NCBI GenBank assembly: GCA_951406725.2
Contig: OX597824.1
Span: 83,018,001-83,082,000, forward strand
Origin: Octopus vulgaris
Lineage: Eukaryota
DNA length: 64,000 nt
Direction of reading: 5' to 3'
Positions 28,508 through 39,469 of this stretch are shown here, one piece after another; the first letter of the stretch is position 1, and every line of letters begins with the position of its first letter. Below the pieces are notes generated by a model that was given only the letters and a program-made list of their open reading frames with translations, did not search any database and was not told the origin of the DNA. Position numbers and translations under genes: made by a program.

Positions 28508-28790
28508 CGCTGTTTCTCTCTTACATCGCCACCCCTCTCCCTTAAATATTTTGGCTTCACTTCGTCGCCACGTTGATCAGCCCAGCTGTATCACTGTCAA
28601 AACAGGAGTTCCAGATAGACGGTCAAGAGATGCTTCTTTTTTTTTTTTTCAAAATACATGACATGAGAATAATAATAATAATAATAATAATAATAGTAGT
28701 AATAATAATAAAAATATTAATAATAATAATGATAATAATAATAATAGTAATAATAACAGCAATAATAATCGTGGTAATAATAATTTCATT

Positions 28791-29019
28791 CTAGTTGACT
28801 CTGAGTGTATGAGATTCCATTGGGGCGGCAGAGTCGTAAAGAGTGTCTGTGTCTTGTGTTGGCTCCCCTTGCAATTTGCATTGGTTATTTAGTGTGCCAG
28901 CACCACAATCACAGAAAAAGCGGTCGTGTCGAATAAACTCGACATCATGCCCAGCATGACAGTTTTTGATACAGTTCACACAGATGGCGTTTCGGTCAGT
29001 GGTATTGCATGTCCGACAT
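28791..29019 (-). CDS. FBXO11: FBXO11 terminal coding exon (UBR-type zinc finger, stop codon)
   Basis: Acceptor ttctttcaccccccAG|A TGT CGG. Translates (R)[75 protein letters not shown], nearly identical to the FBXO11 C-terminus as recalled. TAG at 28793-28791. Confidence 0.97.
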
Positions 29020-29118
29020 CTGGGGGGTGAAAGAAAAGAGGAAAAAGAAACAAAAAAAAATAAAGGTTATTCATTGGAATACAGCAGAAGATTTGACACA
29101 ACAAGGCATTATTATCAA

Positions 29119-30329
29119 CCCTTTAGCTTTTAACCCTTTTGATACCAACCCGGCTGAAACCATATCTGGCTCTGTAGTACAAATGTCTTATTTTCATATG
29201 TTTTGAATTAAAATCTTCCAGCAAACCCTTAGTCACAATTTATGTTCCTAACACTAGCTGAATGATAACTAAGTTATTTTACTAAATTCTTGGTTATATT
29301 TAAAATTAATTGAAAGAAACACAGAACATCCCACCAAAAATATGGTCACAAAAGAATTAGCAAATGATTAATTTAACCCTTTTGATACCAACTTGTCTGA
29401 AACTGCCTCTGGCTCTGTAGTATAAATGTCTTGTTTTCATAAGTTTTGAATTAAAATCTTCCAGCAAACACTTAGTCACAATTTATGTTCCTAACACTAG
29501 CTGAATGATAACTAAGTTATTTTACTAAATTCTCTGTTATATTTAAAATTAATTGAAAGAAACACAGAGCGTCTCAACAGAAATATGGGAACAAAAGGGT
29601 TAAAAGCACTCATGCAGGTGCCATGTAGAAAGCACCAGTGATGGTGTCACATTAACCCTTTTGATATCAACCCACCCGAAACCACCTCTGGCTCTGTAGT
29701 ACAAATGTCTTGTTTTCAAAAGTTTTGAATTAAAATCTTCCACCAAACCTTAGTCACAATTTATGTTCCTAACACTAGCTGAATGATAACCAAGTTATTT
29801 TACTAAATTCTTTGTTATATTTAAAATTGATTGAAAGAAACACAGAACATCCCACCAAAAATATGGTCACAAAAGAATTAGCAAATGATTAATTTAACCC
29901 TTTTGATACCAACTTGTCTGAAACTGCCTCTGGCTCTGTAGTAAAAATGTCTTATTTTCATATGTTTTGAATTAAAATCTTCCACCAAACCTTAGTCACA
30001 ATTTATGCTCCTAACACTAGCTTAAATATAACCAAGTTATTTTACAAAATTCTTTGTTATATTTAAAATTAATTGAAAGAAACACAGAGCATCTCAAAAT
30101 ATATACAGTAATGAAAGGGTGAAACTGACCATATCCGACCCCAAATAATTTACCTGTTTTATCTTCAGACTGGCCAGATCCAGCCTCTCACACTTACCCT
30201 ACAATATTATTCTAAAAATAGACAATCACATCATTGAAATCTCAAAGCTACATGGCGAAGCATGAATAAATTTTATCATTGTGAATAAATAAGTTTTATA
30301 TTTGACAGAGAAATCTGAATACTAAAGGG
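29119..30329 (+). mobile_element. piggyBac-type MITE P2 interrupted by four tandem P1 copies
   Basis: Outer CCCTTTAGC...CTAAAGGG. Inner P1 copies start at 29134, 29377, 29656 and 29898. Intact P2 at 49797-50024. Confidence 0.85.
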
Positions 30330-30373
30330 TCTAAATAATTAACAAAAGATAATTAGCCAACCATGATAATACT

Positions 30374-30585
30374 TATTTCTTTACTACCCGCAAGGGGCTA
30401 CACACAGAGGGGACAAACAAGGACAGACAAATGGACAGACAGTGCGTAACTGGTACTTATTTAATTGACCCCGAAAGGATGAAAGGCAAAGTCGACCTCG
30501 GCAGAATTTGAACTCAGAACGTAGCGACAGACGAAATACTGTTAAGCATTTCGCCCGGCGTGCTAACGTTCCTGCCAGTTCGCTG
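30374..30585 (-). mobile_element. Family-A SINE (AAAGAAATA-tail subfamily)
   Basis: 13-bp TSD ccatgataatact at 30361-30373 and 30586-30598. Confidence 0.9.
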
Positions 30586-30693
30586 CCATGATAATACTGT
30601 GCAGGCCATTCAGCAAACTAAAACACCAGCACGAACACGGTTGAACTTCCTTCGTGAGTCCAGTGGCGATAGGGAAAGAGGTAATAGGGACTG

Positions 30694-30921
30694 ATGGCGA
30701 GCTGGCAGAAACGTTAGCACGCCGGGCGAAATGCTTAGCGGTATTTCGTCTGCGTTACGTTGTGAGTTCAAATTCTGCCGAGGTCGACTTTGCCTTTCAT
30801 CCTTTCGGGGTCGATAAATTAAGTACCAGTTACGCACTGGGGTCTATGTAATCGACTTAATCCATATGTCTGTCCTTGTTTGTCCCCTCTGTGTTTAGCC
30901 CCTTGTGGGTAATAAAGAAAT
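30694..30921 (+). mobile_element. Family-A SINE (AAAGAAATA-tail subfamily)
   Basis: 15-bp TSD aggtaatagggactg at 30679-30693 and 30922-30936. Confidence 0.92.
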
Positions 30922-31231
30922 AGGTAATAGGGACTGGTACAGGGTGCTACAGGAAGTTTTCAGCTTTGACCCTGCACCCAGGTGGCCATGGGGGTGATGG
31001 TTGCTTTCTACAGTCCCACACTGTGCAACTGCATTTTGCTGAACCCTTATTCATAAAAGGGACAAGAGAGTCCATAGTGATACACTGATGGAACCATCCA
31101 AAGGTGGCCACCGTGGAGCACACGACAAAAGAAAGAAAGAAAGAAAGAAAGAAGGAAGGAAAGAGAGAAAGAAGGAAGGAAAGAGAGAAAGAGCGGAGGA
31201 ATAAGAAGAAAAGGACATTTAAGTCCATTAC

Positions 31232-31340
31232 CTGTAAAAATCGTGCATTGGAAAACTGGTACAACTTGATATTTTATAGAGACATTGACCGGAATCTACA
31301 GCTTTCTCGACCATATTATGGTTACCAGTAATGATATTAT
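31232..31340 (-). CDS. FBXO11: FBXO11 penultimate coding exon (109 nt)
   Basis: ctccacAG|AT AAT...TAC AG|GTaatg. Encodes (D)[35 protein letters not shown](R). Phases fit both neighbouring exons. Not recovered in this frame by the ORF track. Confidence 0.96.
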
Positions 31341-31577
31341 CTGTGGAGTAATAGAACAAGTGGCATCAAGGTAAGAGAAGTGACTTGACTGTTTCTTCTT
31401 AATATCGTACATGTGAAGAGATATCAAATATTGCATGAAATAATGTGGGCTGATGGTGTGATGGGATATAAAGATTTGTGAGCAGAAAATAGATGATGAA
31501 CGCAAGTATTTACCTTCAAAGCAGAAACATTTAGATACAGGCTAAATAGCATTATCTTAACAAAATCTAAGAATTTA

Positions 31578-31614
<37 letters not shown>

Positions 31615-31776
31615 TTATAAATGAGGGTGAAAAATTGATATTATGCAGCATACGTTTCCAAAGAGTCTTGGCATGCTTTTGGCGGGGAATTTTAGGCATA
31701 ACTAAAAATGCAATTCGTTAAACCGCACGTGTTTTTGACGCTCGTGTCGGTCTAATTAATTGTATTTAAGACAAAC

Positions 31777-31851
31777 CTCTGCTGATGATTTATAGATGTC
31801 TATGTAAGTAAAATTACATATTACATTAGTAATGAAACAATTTGTTCAGGG
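31777..31851 (+). ncRNA. Candidate type I hammerhead ribozyme (antisense to FBXO11 intron)
   Basis: CUCUG-CUGAUGA-[45-nt imperfect hairpin incl. AUGUAA/UUACAU]-GAA-ACAAUUUGU-U^CAGGG. Core intact, but helix II closes with a U.U mismatch. Confidence 0.62.
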
Positions 31852-31990
31852 TCAATCTATTTATTCGTTATATTTCACTTTCCTTCCATTAAATGTATGT
31901 TATTTCTAATTGGAAACATCTTTTTCTGTGGCTATACTATCGGGGCTACTTTTAGCACTAGAGTTATCCACATAGTGGTTAACTCTAATA

Positions 31991-32046
<56 letters not shown>

Positions 32047-32407
32047 CAAATGAAATAAAAAAACAGAACACAAAGGATGTCGCGGTACACGTGTTTCAAG
32101 CTTTATAAAACAACTTATTCTTACATCAATGTATAATCGACATAACAGATGGTTTAAAGCTCTCTTCGGCTGCATGCAATTGCTATACCAAAGACCTGTA
32201 TCACATTATGAAAAGTCCGAAAAGGAACATTTGGTATTATCTATAATGGTAGGTATATTGAGTTTCACTGAGACAGTATGTTTGTAAATCTTCATAATCA
32301 AATAGGTGTGCAGGGTATTATTGGACTTCAAAAATCCGTCCATACTGTATCATCAGTCAATATGGCATATACAGGTGCTTACATTTATCAAGTATTCACC
32401 TTGAATT

Positions 32408-32448
<41 letters not shown>

Positions 32449-32837
32449 TCTCTCTCTCTCTCTCTCTCTCTTTTACTTGTTTCAGTCATTTGACTGTGGC
32501 CATGCTAGAGCACCACCTTTAGTCGAGTAAATCGACCCCAGGACTTATATATATATGTATGTGTGTGTATATGTTTGTGTGTCTGTGTTTGTCCACCCAA
32601 CATCACTTGACAACCAATGCTGTTGTGTTTACGTCCCCGTCACTTAGCGCTTCGGCAAAAGAGACCGATAGAATAAGTACTAGGCTTACAAAGAATAAGT
32701 CCTGGGGTCGATTTGCTCAACTAAAGGCGGTGCTCCAGCATGGCCACAGTCAAATGCCTGAAACAAGTAAAAGAGTAAAAGAGAAATTTGAATTTGGCAA
32801 AACCTCCAGATACACACATACATACATTTCCAAGAAT

Positions 32838-33165
32838 CTTGGCAGTCCGTTGGTTATGACGACGAGGGTTCCATTGACCCAATTAACGGAGCAGCTTGCT
32901 TGTGAAATTAACATGCAAGTGGCTGAGCACTCCACAGACACTTGCACCCTTAATGTAGTTCTCAGGGAGATGCAACACAACACACCTAATGTGACAAAGC
33001 CGGCCCTTTGAATTACAGGTAAAAACTCATTTTCGCCAGCTGAGTGAACTGGAGCGACATGAAATAAAGTATCTTGCTGAAGGATACAGTACACCGCTAG
33101 GAATCGAACTCATGGCCTTACGACCACAAGCCAAATGCTCAAACGACTAAGCCACACATCTTCAC
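32838..33165 (-). mobile_element. tRNA-derived SINE about 40 bp from an FBXO11 donor site
   Basis: B box GAGTTCGATTCC. 14-bp TSD acatttccaagaat at 32824-32837 and 33166-33179. Confidence 0.85.
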
Positions 33166-33207
33166 ACATTTCCAAGAATAAAAAGGGCATCAAAATGTCC
33201 AACGTAC

Positions 33208-33426
33208 CTTTCAAAATGGGACTGACACCACTGGCAAGACAAAGTCCACCAAATTTGTTGTTAAATATTTTGTTCTCCTCTAACGTAGCAGTTGCATTGT
33301 TTGTGATCTCCAGACCAGCAGCAAGACCATCAAAGATTCGGTTCCGACGGAGAGATGGTTGACTCTGTGTACTGATCAGCACCCCAGCCTGAGCATTCTG
33401 GAATATGTCATTTTCTTCAAGGATAC
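33208..33426 (-). CDS. FBXO11: FBXO11 coding exon (219 nt, PbH1/CASH repeats)
   Basis: cttgttAG|GT ATC...AAA G|GTacgt. Encodes (G)[72 protein letters not shown]. Confidence 0.96.
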
Positions 33427-33478
33427 CTAACAAGAATAATGATAATAATAACAATAATAATTATGATAATAAATAATA

Positions 33479-33512
<34 letters not shown>

Positions 33513-33529
33513 GATAATGATTTTTTTTT

Positions 33530-33831
33530 TACTCGCCCTTTTCAAGCCTAGCCAGGCTCATGGGCCTGGTTTCCCCTTTTCTGTGGGGTATGTGTTCCCC
33601 CCAGCTGGACGGGATGCCAGTCCATCGCAGCGTTACCCAAGAAACAGGAAGAAAGAGTGAGAGAAAGTTGGGGCGAAAGGGTACAACAGGGGTCGCCACC
33701 CTCCCTGCCGGAGCCTCATAGAGCTTTAGGTGTTTTTGCTCAATAAATACACAATGCCCAGTGTGGGAATCGAACCGCAATCCTCTGACCACAAGTCTAC
33801 TGCCCTAACCACTGGCCCATTGCGCCTCCAC
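33530..33831 (-). mobile_element. tRNA-derived SINE with a GCGATGGACTGGCATCCCGTCCAG 3' module
   Basis: Head GGCGCAATGGGCCAGTGGTTAGGGCAG...GGTTCGATTCCC and a poly(A)/(ATT) tail. Confidence 0.78.
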
Positions 33832-33879
33832 AATGATAATGATAATAGTAATAAAACAAACAATCTCACATTGGGAAAT

Positions 33880-34092
33880 GAGGAGGCATGATGATGTGGC
33901 TAAGCTTGTTTACTGGAGACTATATGAAAAGTATGGAATTAGTATGAACGTGAACCAGGAGTCACTGAGAACAATGAATACTAGATATTGTGGGATTTTA
34001 CAATCCATTGTGTCACGTTAATCAATGCTCAGAGACCAGACATTGTTGTGGTAGATAGAGGAAAAAAGAAACCAAGATAATAGATATTGCAA
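33880..34092 (+). mobile_element. Decayed R4/Dong-like RLE endonuclease fragment
   Basis: RRHDDVAKLVYW...ILWDFTI...AQRPDIVVVDR...IIDIA across frameshifts (RHD and PD..D motifs). Confidence 0.7.
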
Positions 34093-34744
34093 TGTATAAG
34101 AATAAGTTGCTGTGCTATAGGACTGAACCTGAATCCATGTGGTTGCAAAGCTATCTTTATAATCACACAGCTATGCCTGCACGTATAATATGTTATATCG
34201 TTTTTCTCAATAAATTAGTCAAATGTGAGTATAAAATTTTTAGGTCTTCCTCTTCAGCTTCATCTGATAGACAAGGGTAATGCCTAGTTTGAACAACTGC
34301 AGATCAATACCCTCCTTAGCTGGAAGATCAGTAGTTAGCTTCCCCTTCTCAGTTGGGTCCCTACAATGTCTGCATGTAGAATGTAATGGAAGAAGAAATT
34401 GAGGAATAAGTCCTGGGGTCGATTTGCTCGACTAAAGGCGGTGCTCCAGCATGGCCACAGTCAAATGACTGAAACAAGTAAAAGAGTAAAGAGAATAAAC
34501 ACCAGACTTAATAGGTACTGGGTCAAGTTGTTCAATTTGTAAACCCTTCAAGGCGATGGCCCAACATGGTCACAGCTCTATGAAACAAGTAAAAGACAAC
34601 AAAAACACAGGAAAAAAAAACAAAAAAAAGGCAAAGAAATTTTTGGGAAAGATTCATTCTGTAACCAGGTGACACAGCCTCAATTAACTCTTGTTTATTA
34701 CACACATGTGAGTGAGAACACTTTGAGATATTTTTGGTATCTAA

Positions 34745-35082
34745 CATATGTCAGATACTGCGAGCGCTGCTTCTGATTGGTCAATCCATGGTGATGACCC
34801 GAGGTCACGGTGACAGTGCTGCTTCTGATTGGTCAATCCATGGTGATGACCTGAGGTCACGGTGACGGCACTACTTTTGTCATTCATAAGTTACAACTAA
34901 ACGTGAAGAATTTAGTTATTGGGTTAATAAAATATGGTCGTTTATTCGTGTGTAATAAATAAAATACCAAACTCATTCCCTATGGATACCGTATTTATTA
35001 CAACTTGTGGCTTGTAAAGTTTACAAGCCACTCGTTGTAATAAATACGGTATCCATAGGGAACTCGTTTGGTATTCTCTATA
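34745..35082. mobile_element. Non-autonomous DNA element with a 52-bp tandem duplication and a 113-bp palindrome
   Basis: gctgcttctgattggtcaatcc... at 34766 and 34818. Palindrome 34963-35075 centred on 35019. Confidence 0.6.
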
Positions 35083-35506
35083 TGTCTTAAGTGGAGACAC
35101 CCTCAGTTGTAAAATGTTCAGACCAGGTCTCCAATCACAAGGGAGATAATTCAAAATTCAGGGCTGCTGTAGCTTTCTACTGCAGCCTCAAACACACTAG
35201 ATTTCTTTCTACCTTTTCCCTCCACTAATCTCAGAGAGCTTTGAAAATGGTCATATAAGCTGCTGTTCCTGTGACTGAATACTGAGAGAGAAAAAAAGAC
35301 AAATGAAGAAAGTAACAGCAAGGGGTGGCTGAGTAGTAAGAAATTGGCTTTCCAACCCACATAGTTCTGGGTTCAGTCCCACTGCATGACACCGTGGGCA
35401 AATGTCTTCTACTATAGCCCTGGGTTGACCTAAGCCTTGTGAGTGGATTTGTTAGATAGAAACTGAAAGAAGCCCATTGTGTGCATTTTGTGTGTATGTA
35501 TGTGTA

Positions 35507-35538
<32 letters not shown>

Positions 35539-35801
35539 TGTCTGTGCATATATATATATATATATATATCTTTTTCTATTCTAGGCACAAGGCCCAAAAT
35601 TTTGGGGGAGGGGCCAGTGGATTGGCTCAACCCCAGTACACAACTAGTACTTAATTTATCAACCCCGAAAGGATGAAGGCAAAGTCGACCTCGACGGAAT
35701 TTGAACTCGGAACAAAATACCGCTAAGTATTTCCCCCAGCATGCTAACGTTTCTGCCATCTTAATAATAATAATAACAATAATAACAATAATAATAATAA
35801 G

Positions 35802-36406
35802 AGAGGGATTCTTTGGGGTTTGAATAATTCACCTCTGGAAACATGGGTGGTTCTTTCAACATCCTTAAACAACCCTTATTCAGGGACCTTTTGAGTGGGA
35901 TGGGCTACTCAACCTGAAGAAAATTCTAACTGGGCCCCACCTGCAAGGTCATGTGCTGTTTATCTTGATATGAGATCACCATGTCGCGCACATATGGCTG
36001 TGATGCATGTGCCTGGTGTACCCTTATCAGACGGGTAGTCATGATGGGTATATTGGGCTTCGTATATTTTACCCCAGTGTCATTTTGATGGCATGAACTG
36101 CTCTCATCATCATCATCATCATCATCATCGTTTAACGTCCATTTTCCGCACTAGCACGGGTTGGACGGTTCGACCGGGGTCTGGGGAGCCAGGGGCTGCC
36201 CCAGGCTCCAGTCTGATCTGGCAGTGTTTCTACAGCTGGATGCCCTTCCTAACGCCAACCACTCCGCGAGTGTAGTGGGTGCTTTTTACGTGCCACCTGC
36301 ACAGGTGCCAGAGGGGTCTGGCATCGGCCACGATCAGTTGGTGCTTTTTTTTTTTTTTTTTGTGCTACCAGCACAGAAGCCAGTCAAGGCGGTGCTCTCT
36401 CACTCA
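35802..36406 (+). mobile_element. 3' part of the roughly 550-bp (AAT)n-associated element with a nested (GAT)n-tailed retroposon
   Basis: Matches the reverse complement of 52337-52879 and 53386-53941. Interrupted at 36106-36392 with TSD tgctctc. Confidence 0.8.
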
Positions 36407-36508
36407 ATAATAATAATAATAATAATAACAATAATAACAATAACAACAACAACAACAATGCAAAGTTAATTTTTCTCCTCTTGTGTAACAAGTGTGAAAG
36501 CTACGTAC

Positions 36509-36729
36509 CTTTACCACCGTTGAAAATACAAATACCACCGTCTCTGCCATCGTGTATTTTATTATTGCGTAGAACAGGATTACTATCTGTCTTAATCCAT
36601 ACCCCAGCCATGGCATTGTCAAATATTTCATTATGAGCAATCATTCCTAGTCCACTGTTGTAGACAAGAATGCCACCGTTTTGACCTCCCCAGATCTTGT
36701 TGAGACGGATAAGAGGGTTGCTTCCAGTT
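36509..36729 (-). CDS. FBXO11: FBXO11 coding exon (221 nt, PbH1/CASH repeats)
   Basis: attttcAG|A ACT GGA...AAA G|GTacgt. Encodes (R)[73 protein letters not shown]. Confidence 0.96.
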
Positions 36730-37214
36730 CTGAAAATAGAAAGCATAAACAGAGGGATACATCATCATCATCATCGTTGTAATTGTCCTTATTTAAAATC
36801 CACATTTTCATGCTTGCATAGAACAGACACAGTTTATAAGAGGCAGATTTTCTATGGGTAGATCTCCTCCCTGTTACCAACCCTCACCAATGTTAACCCA
36901 TGAATAGAGATGTTCTTGTAGTGTATCAGAAATGAATGACACTGCTTGCATGACATTGACACTCATTTATAACTAACACTCCATCGGTTACTGTTGTATA
37001 GTAAAACTGTACAGCCCACCCACTTGGTAAAAAGTGGTAGGAGCCAGCCATTATCAATATGCCAGTAGCCAGTCGTCAAGTTAGAGTTGAGACTCAAAGA
37101 GTTGAGAGCCAACAGTTGTTGTCAGTGTCTTGTGGAGCTATCAGCAATAGTAAAACAAGAGGTTAGTGTATTACTATTCTGGTAGGAAAAGATACAATGG
37201 TATCTGATGACTAG

Positions 37215-37443
37215 GCGGCGAGCTAGCAGAATCGTTAGCACGTCGGGCGAAAGGCTTAGCGGTATTTTGGCTGCCATTATGTTGTGAGTTCAAATTCCGC
37301 CGAGGTCGACTTTGCCTTTCATCCTTCGGGGTCGATAAATTAAGTACCAGCTAAGCACTGGGGTCGATATAATCGACTTAATACCTATGTCTGTCCATGT
37401 TTGTCTCCTCTATGTTTAGCCCCTTGTGGGTAATAAAGAAGTA
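37215..37443 (+). mobile_element. Family-A SINE (AAAGAAATA-tail subfamily)
   Basis: 16-bp TSD ggtatctgatgactag at 37199-37214 and 37444-37459. Confidence 0.92.
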
Positions 37444-37611
37444 GGTATCTGATGACTAGTAACTATTGTGGCTACTAGCATAAAACAGCAACTTCAGTAC
37501 AATGGCAGTCACACATCACACCAGTGGGAGGAACCCACTTTACAACAGTTACAATGGTGAGTGCCCCAAGATTGTCTGGGGAAACTTCTCAAATATAAAT
37601 AAATTGGAAGA

Positions 37612-38295
37612 ATACAAAAATAAACATTATTTTCCCTCTTGCTGTTTTGTTTCGTTTTGTTTGTTATTGTTTATATTTTGAATTACATAATCTTTTATGG
37701 GGGCACCAAAATCTTTTGAGTGCTTAGGGCCTCGATGGGTATTAATCCGGCCCTTCACATAACTACAACTATTAACACTCGAACCCCCACCTCTTTATCA
37801 TTTTCTGTCGTCTTAGAAAAAAAAATGACATGTTGGATAACCACTGTTCAAAGAAATTGATATGTTGGTCATGGTTGGGAGAGTTTTTGATCAAAGTAGG
37901 TCTTCGAACCCCCACCTCTTTATCATTTTCTGCCGTCTTAGAAAAAAATGACATTCTGGATAACCGCAGTTCAAAGAAATTGATAGGTTGGTCATGGTTG
38001 GGAGAGTTTTTGATCAAAGTAGATCTGATCATCGAGATGTGAGCCTAGGGCTAAACAACAACACATGAAGCTATAAACTGACTACGCCCACACTTTGCAA
38101 AGGTATACACATGTATATAAAATGGAAGTATACAAAAATAAACATTATTTTCCCTCTTACTGTTTTAATTCGTTTTGAAAAATAAAAATATATTTCATGG
38201 TTTGTTATTGTTTATATTTTGAATTACATACTCTTTTAAGGGGGCACCAAAATATTTTAAGCGCTTAGGGCCTCGATGGGTCTTAATCCAGCCCT
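37612..38295. repeat. Two direct copies of an hAT-like end flanking a roughly 125-bp tandem duplication
   Basis: tacaaaaataaacattattttccctc...cttagggcctcgatggg..ttaatcc.gccct at 37612-37753 and 38130-38295. cgaacccccacctctttatc at 37780 and 37905. Confidence 0.75.
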
Positions 38296-38645
38296 GGCTC
38301 TAGATGACACAATTGTTAAAGAAGAGAAGAATGAGATGGAGAATGCTCATAGTTTTCCCAGGGTCATCTACTCAGATGAGGGCAAATGATCTGGTTGATG
38401 ATGCTGACAAAGCAGGCCAGCCGATCTTTGAGTTAGTCATTTTAGCCTATAGAAGAAGTGTTTTAGAGAGTGAGCCATAAAGGGAGATAAGTGAGTCAGG
38501 CCACAGATAAAGCAACACCGAGTGGAAGTATTTAAGTAATTATAGCAGACTTTTCTTCATAGAAATGCCAGCATAAAATAACAGATAATGATGGCGATTG
38601 TGATGGTGTTGGTGATGGCATTGGTGCAGCGATGATGACAGTAAA

Positions 38646-38873
38646 GGCGAGCTGGCAGAAACGTTAGCACGCCGGGCGAAATGCGTAGCCGTAATTCGTC
38701 TGCCATTACGTTCTGAGTTCAAATTCTGCCGAGGTCAACTTTGCCTTTCATCCATTCGAGATCGATAAATTAAGTACCAGTTATGCACTGGGGTCGATGT
38801 AATCGACTTAATCCGTTTGTCTGTCCTTGTTTGTCCCCTCTGTGTTTAGCCCCTTGTGGGTAGTAAAGAAATA
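38646..38873 (+). mobile_element. Family-A SINE (AAAGAAATA-tail subfamily)
   Basis: 15-bp TSD gat(g/a)atgacagtaaa at 38631-38645 and 38874-38888. Confidence 0.9.
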
Positions 38874-39469
38874 GATAATGACAGTAAATGTGGAGGTGGT
38901 GGTGGTGGTGAAGATGGGGAGTGTAGTGATGATAACTGTGGTGGTGGTCATGATGATGACGATGATGCTGAAAAGATTGGATTTACTGTCCGCTTTCCAT
39001 GCTGGCATTGGATTTACTGTCCGCTTTCCATGCTGGCATGGGTTGGACGGTGCAATTGGGGTCTGGGATACCAGAAGGCTGCACCAGGCCCAGTCTGATC
39101 TGGCAATATTTCTACGGCTGGATGCCCTTCCAAACGCCAACCACTCTATGAGTGTAGTGGGTGCTTTTTACGTGCCACCTGCACAGGTGCCAGACAAGTC
39201 TGGCAAACAGCCACGGCCATGGTTATTAGAGAAAATATTCTTTACTCTAGGCACAAGGCCCAAAATTTTGGGGGAGGGGGCTAGTCCATTAGATCGACCC
39301 CAGTATGCAACTGGTACTTAATTTATTTATCGACCCCAAAAGGATGAAAGGTAAAGTCAACCCTGGTGGAATTTGAACTCAGAACGTTGTGGCAGACGAA
39401 ATACTGCTAAGCATTTTGCCCGGCGTGCTAATGATTCTGCCAGCTCGCCGCCTTATTTAAGAGAAGATA

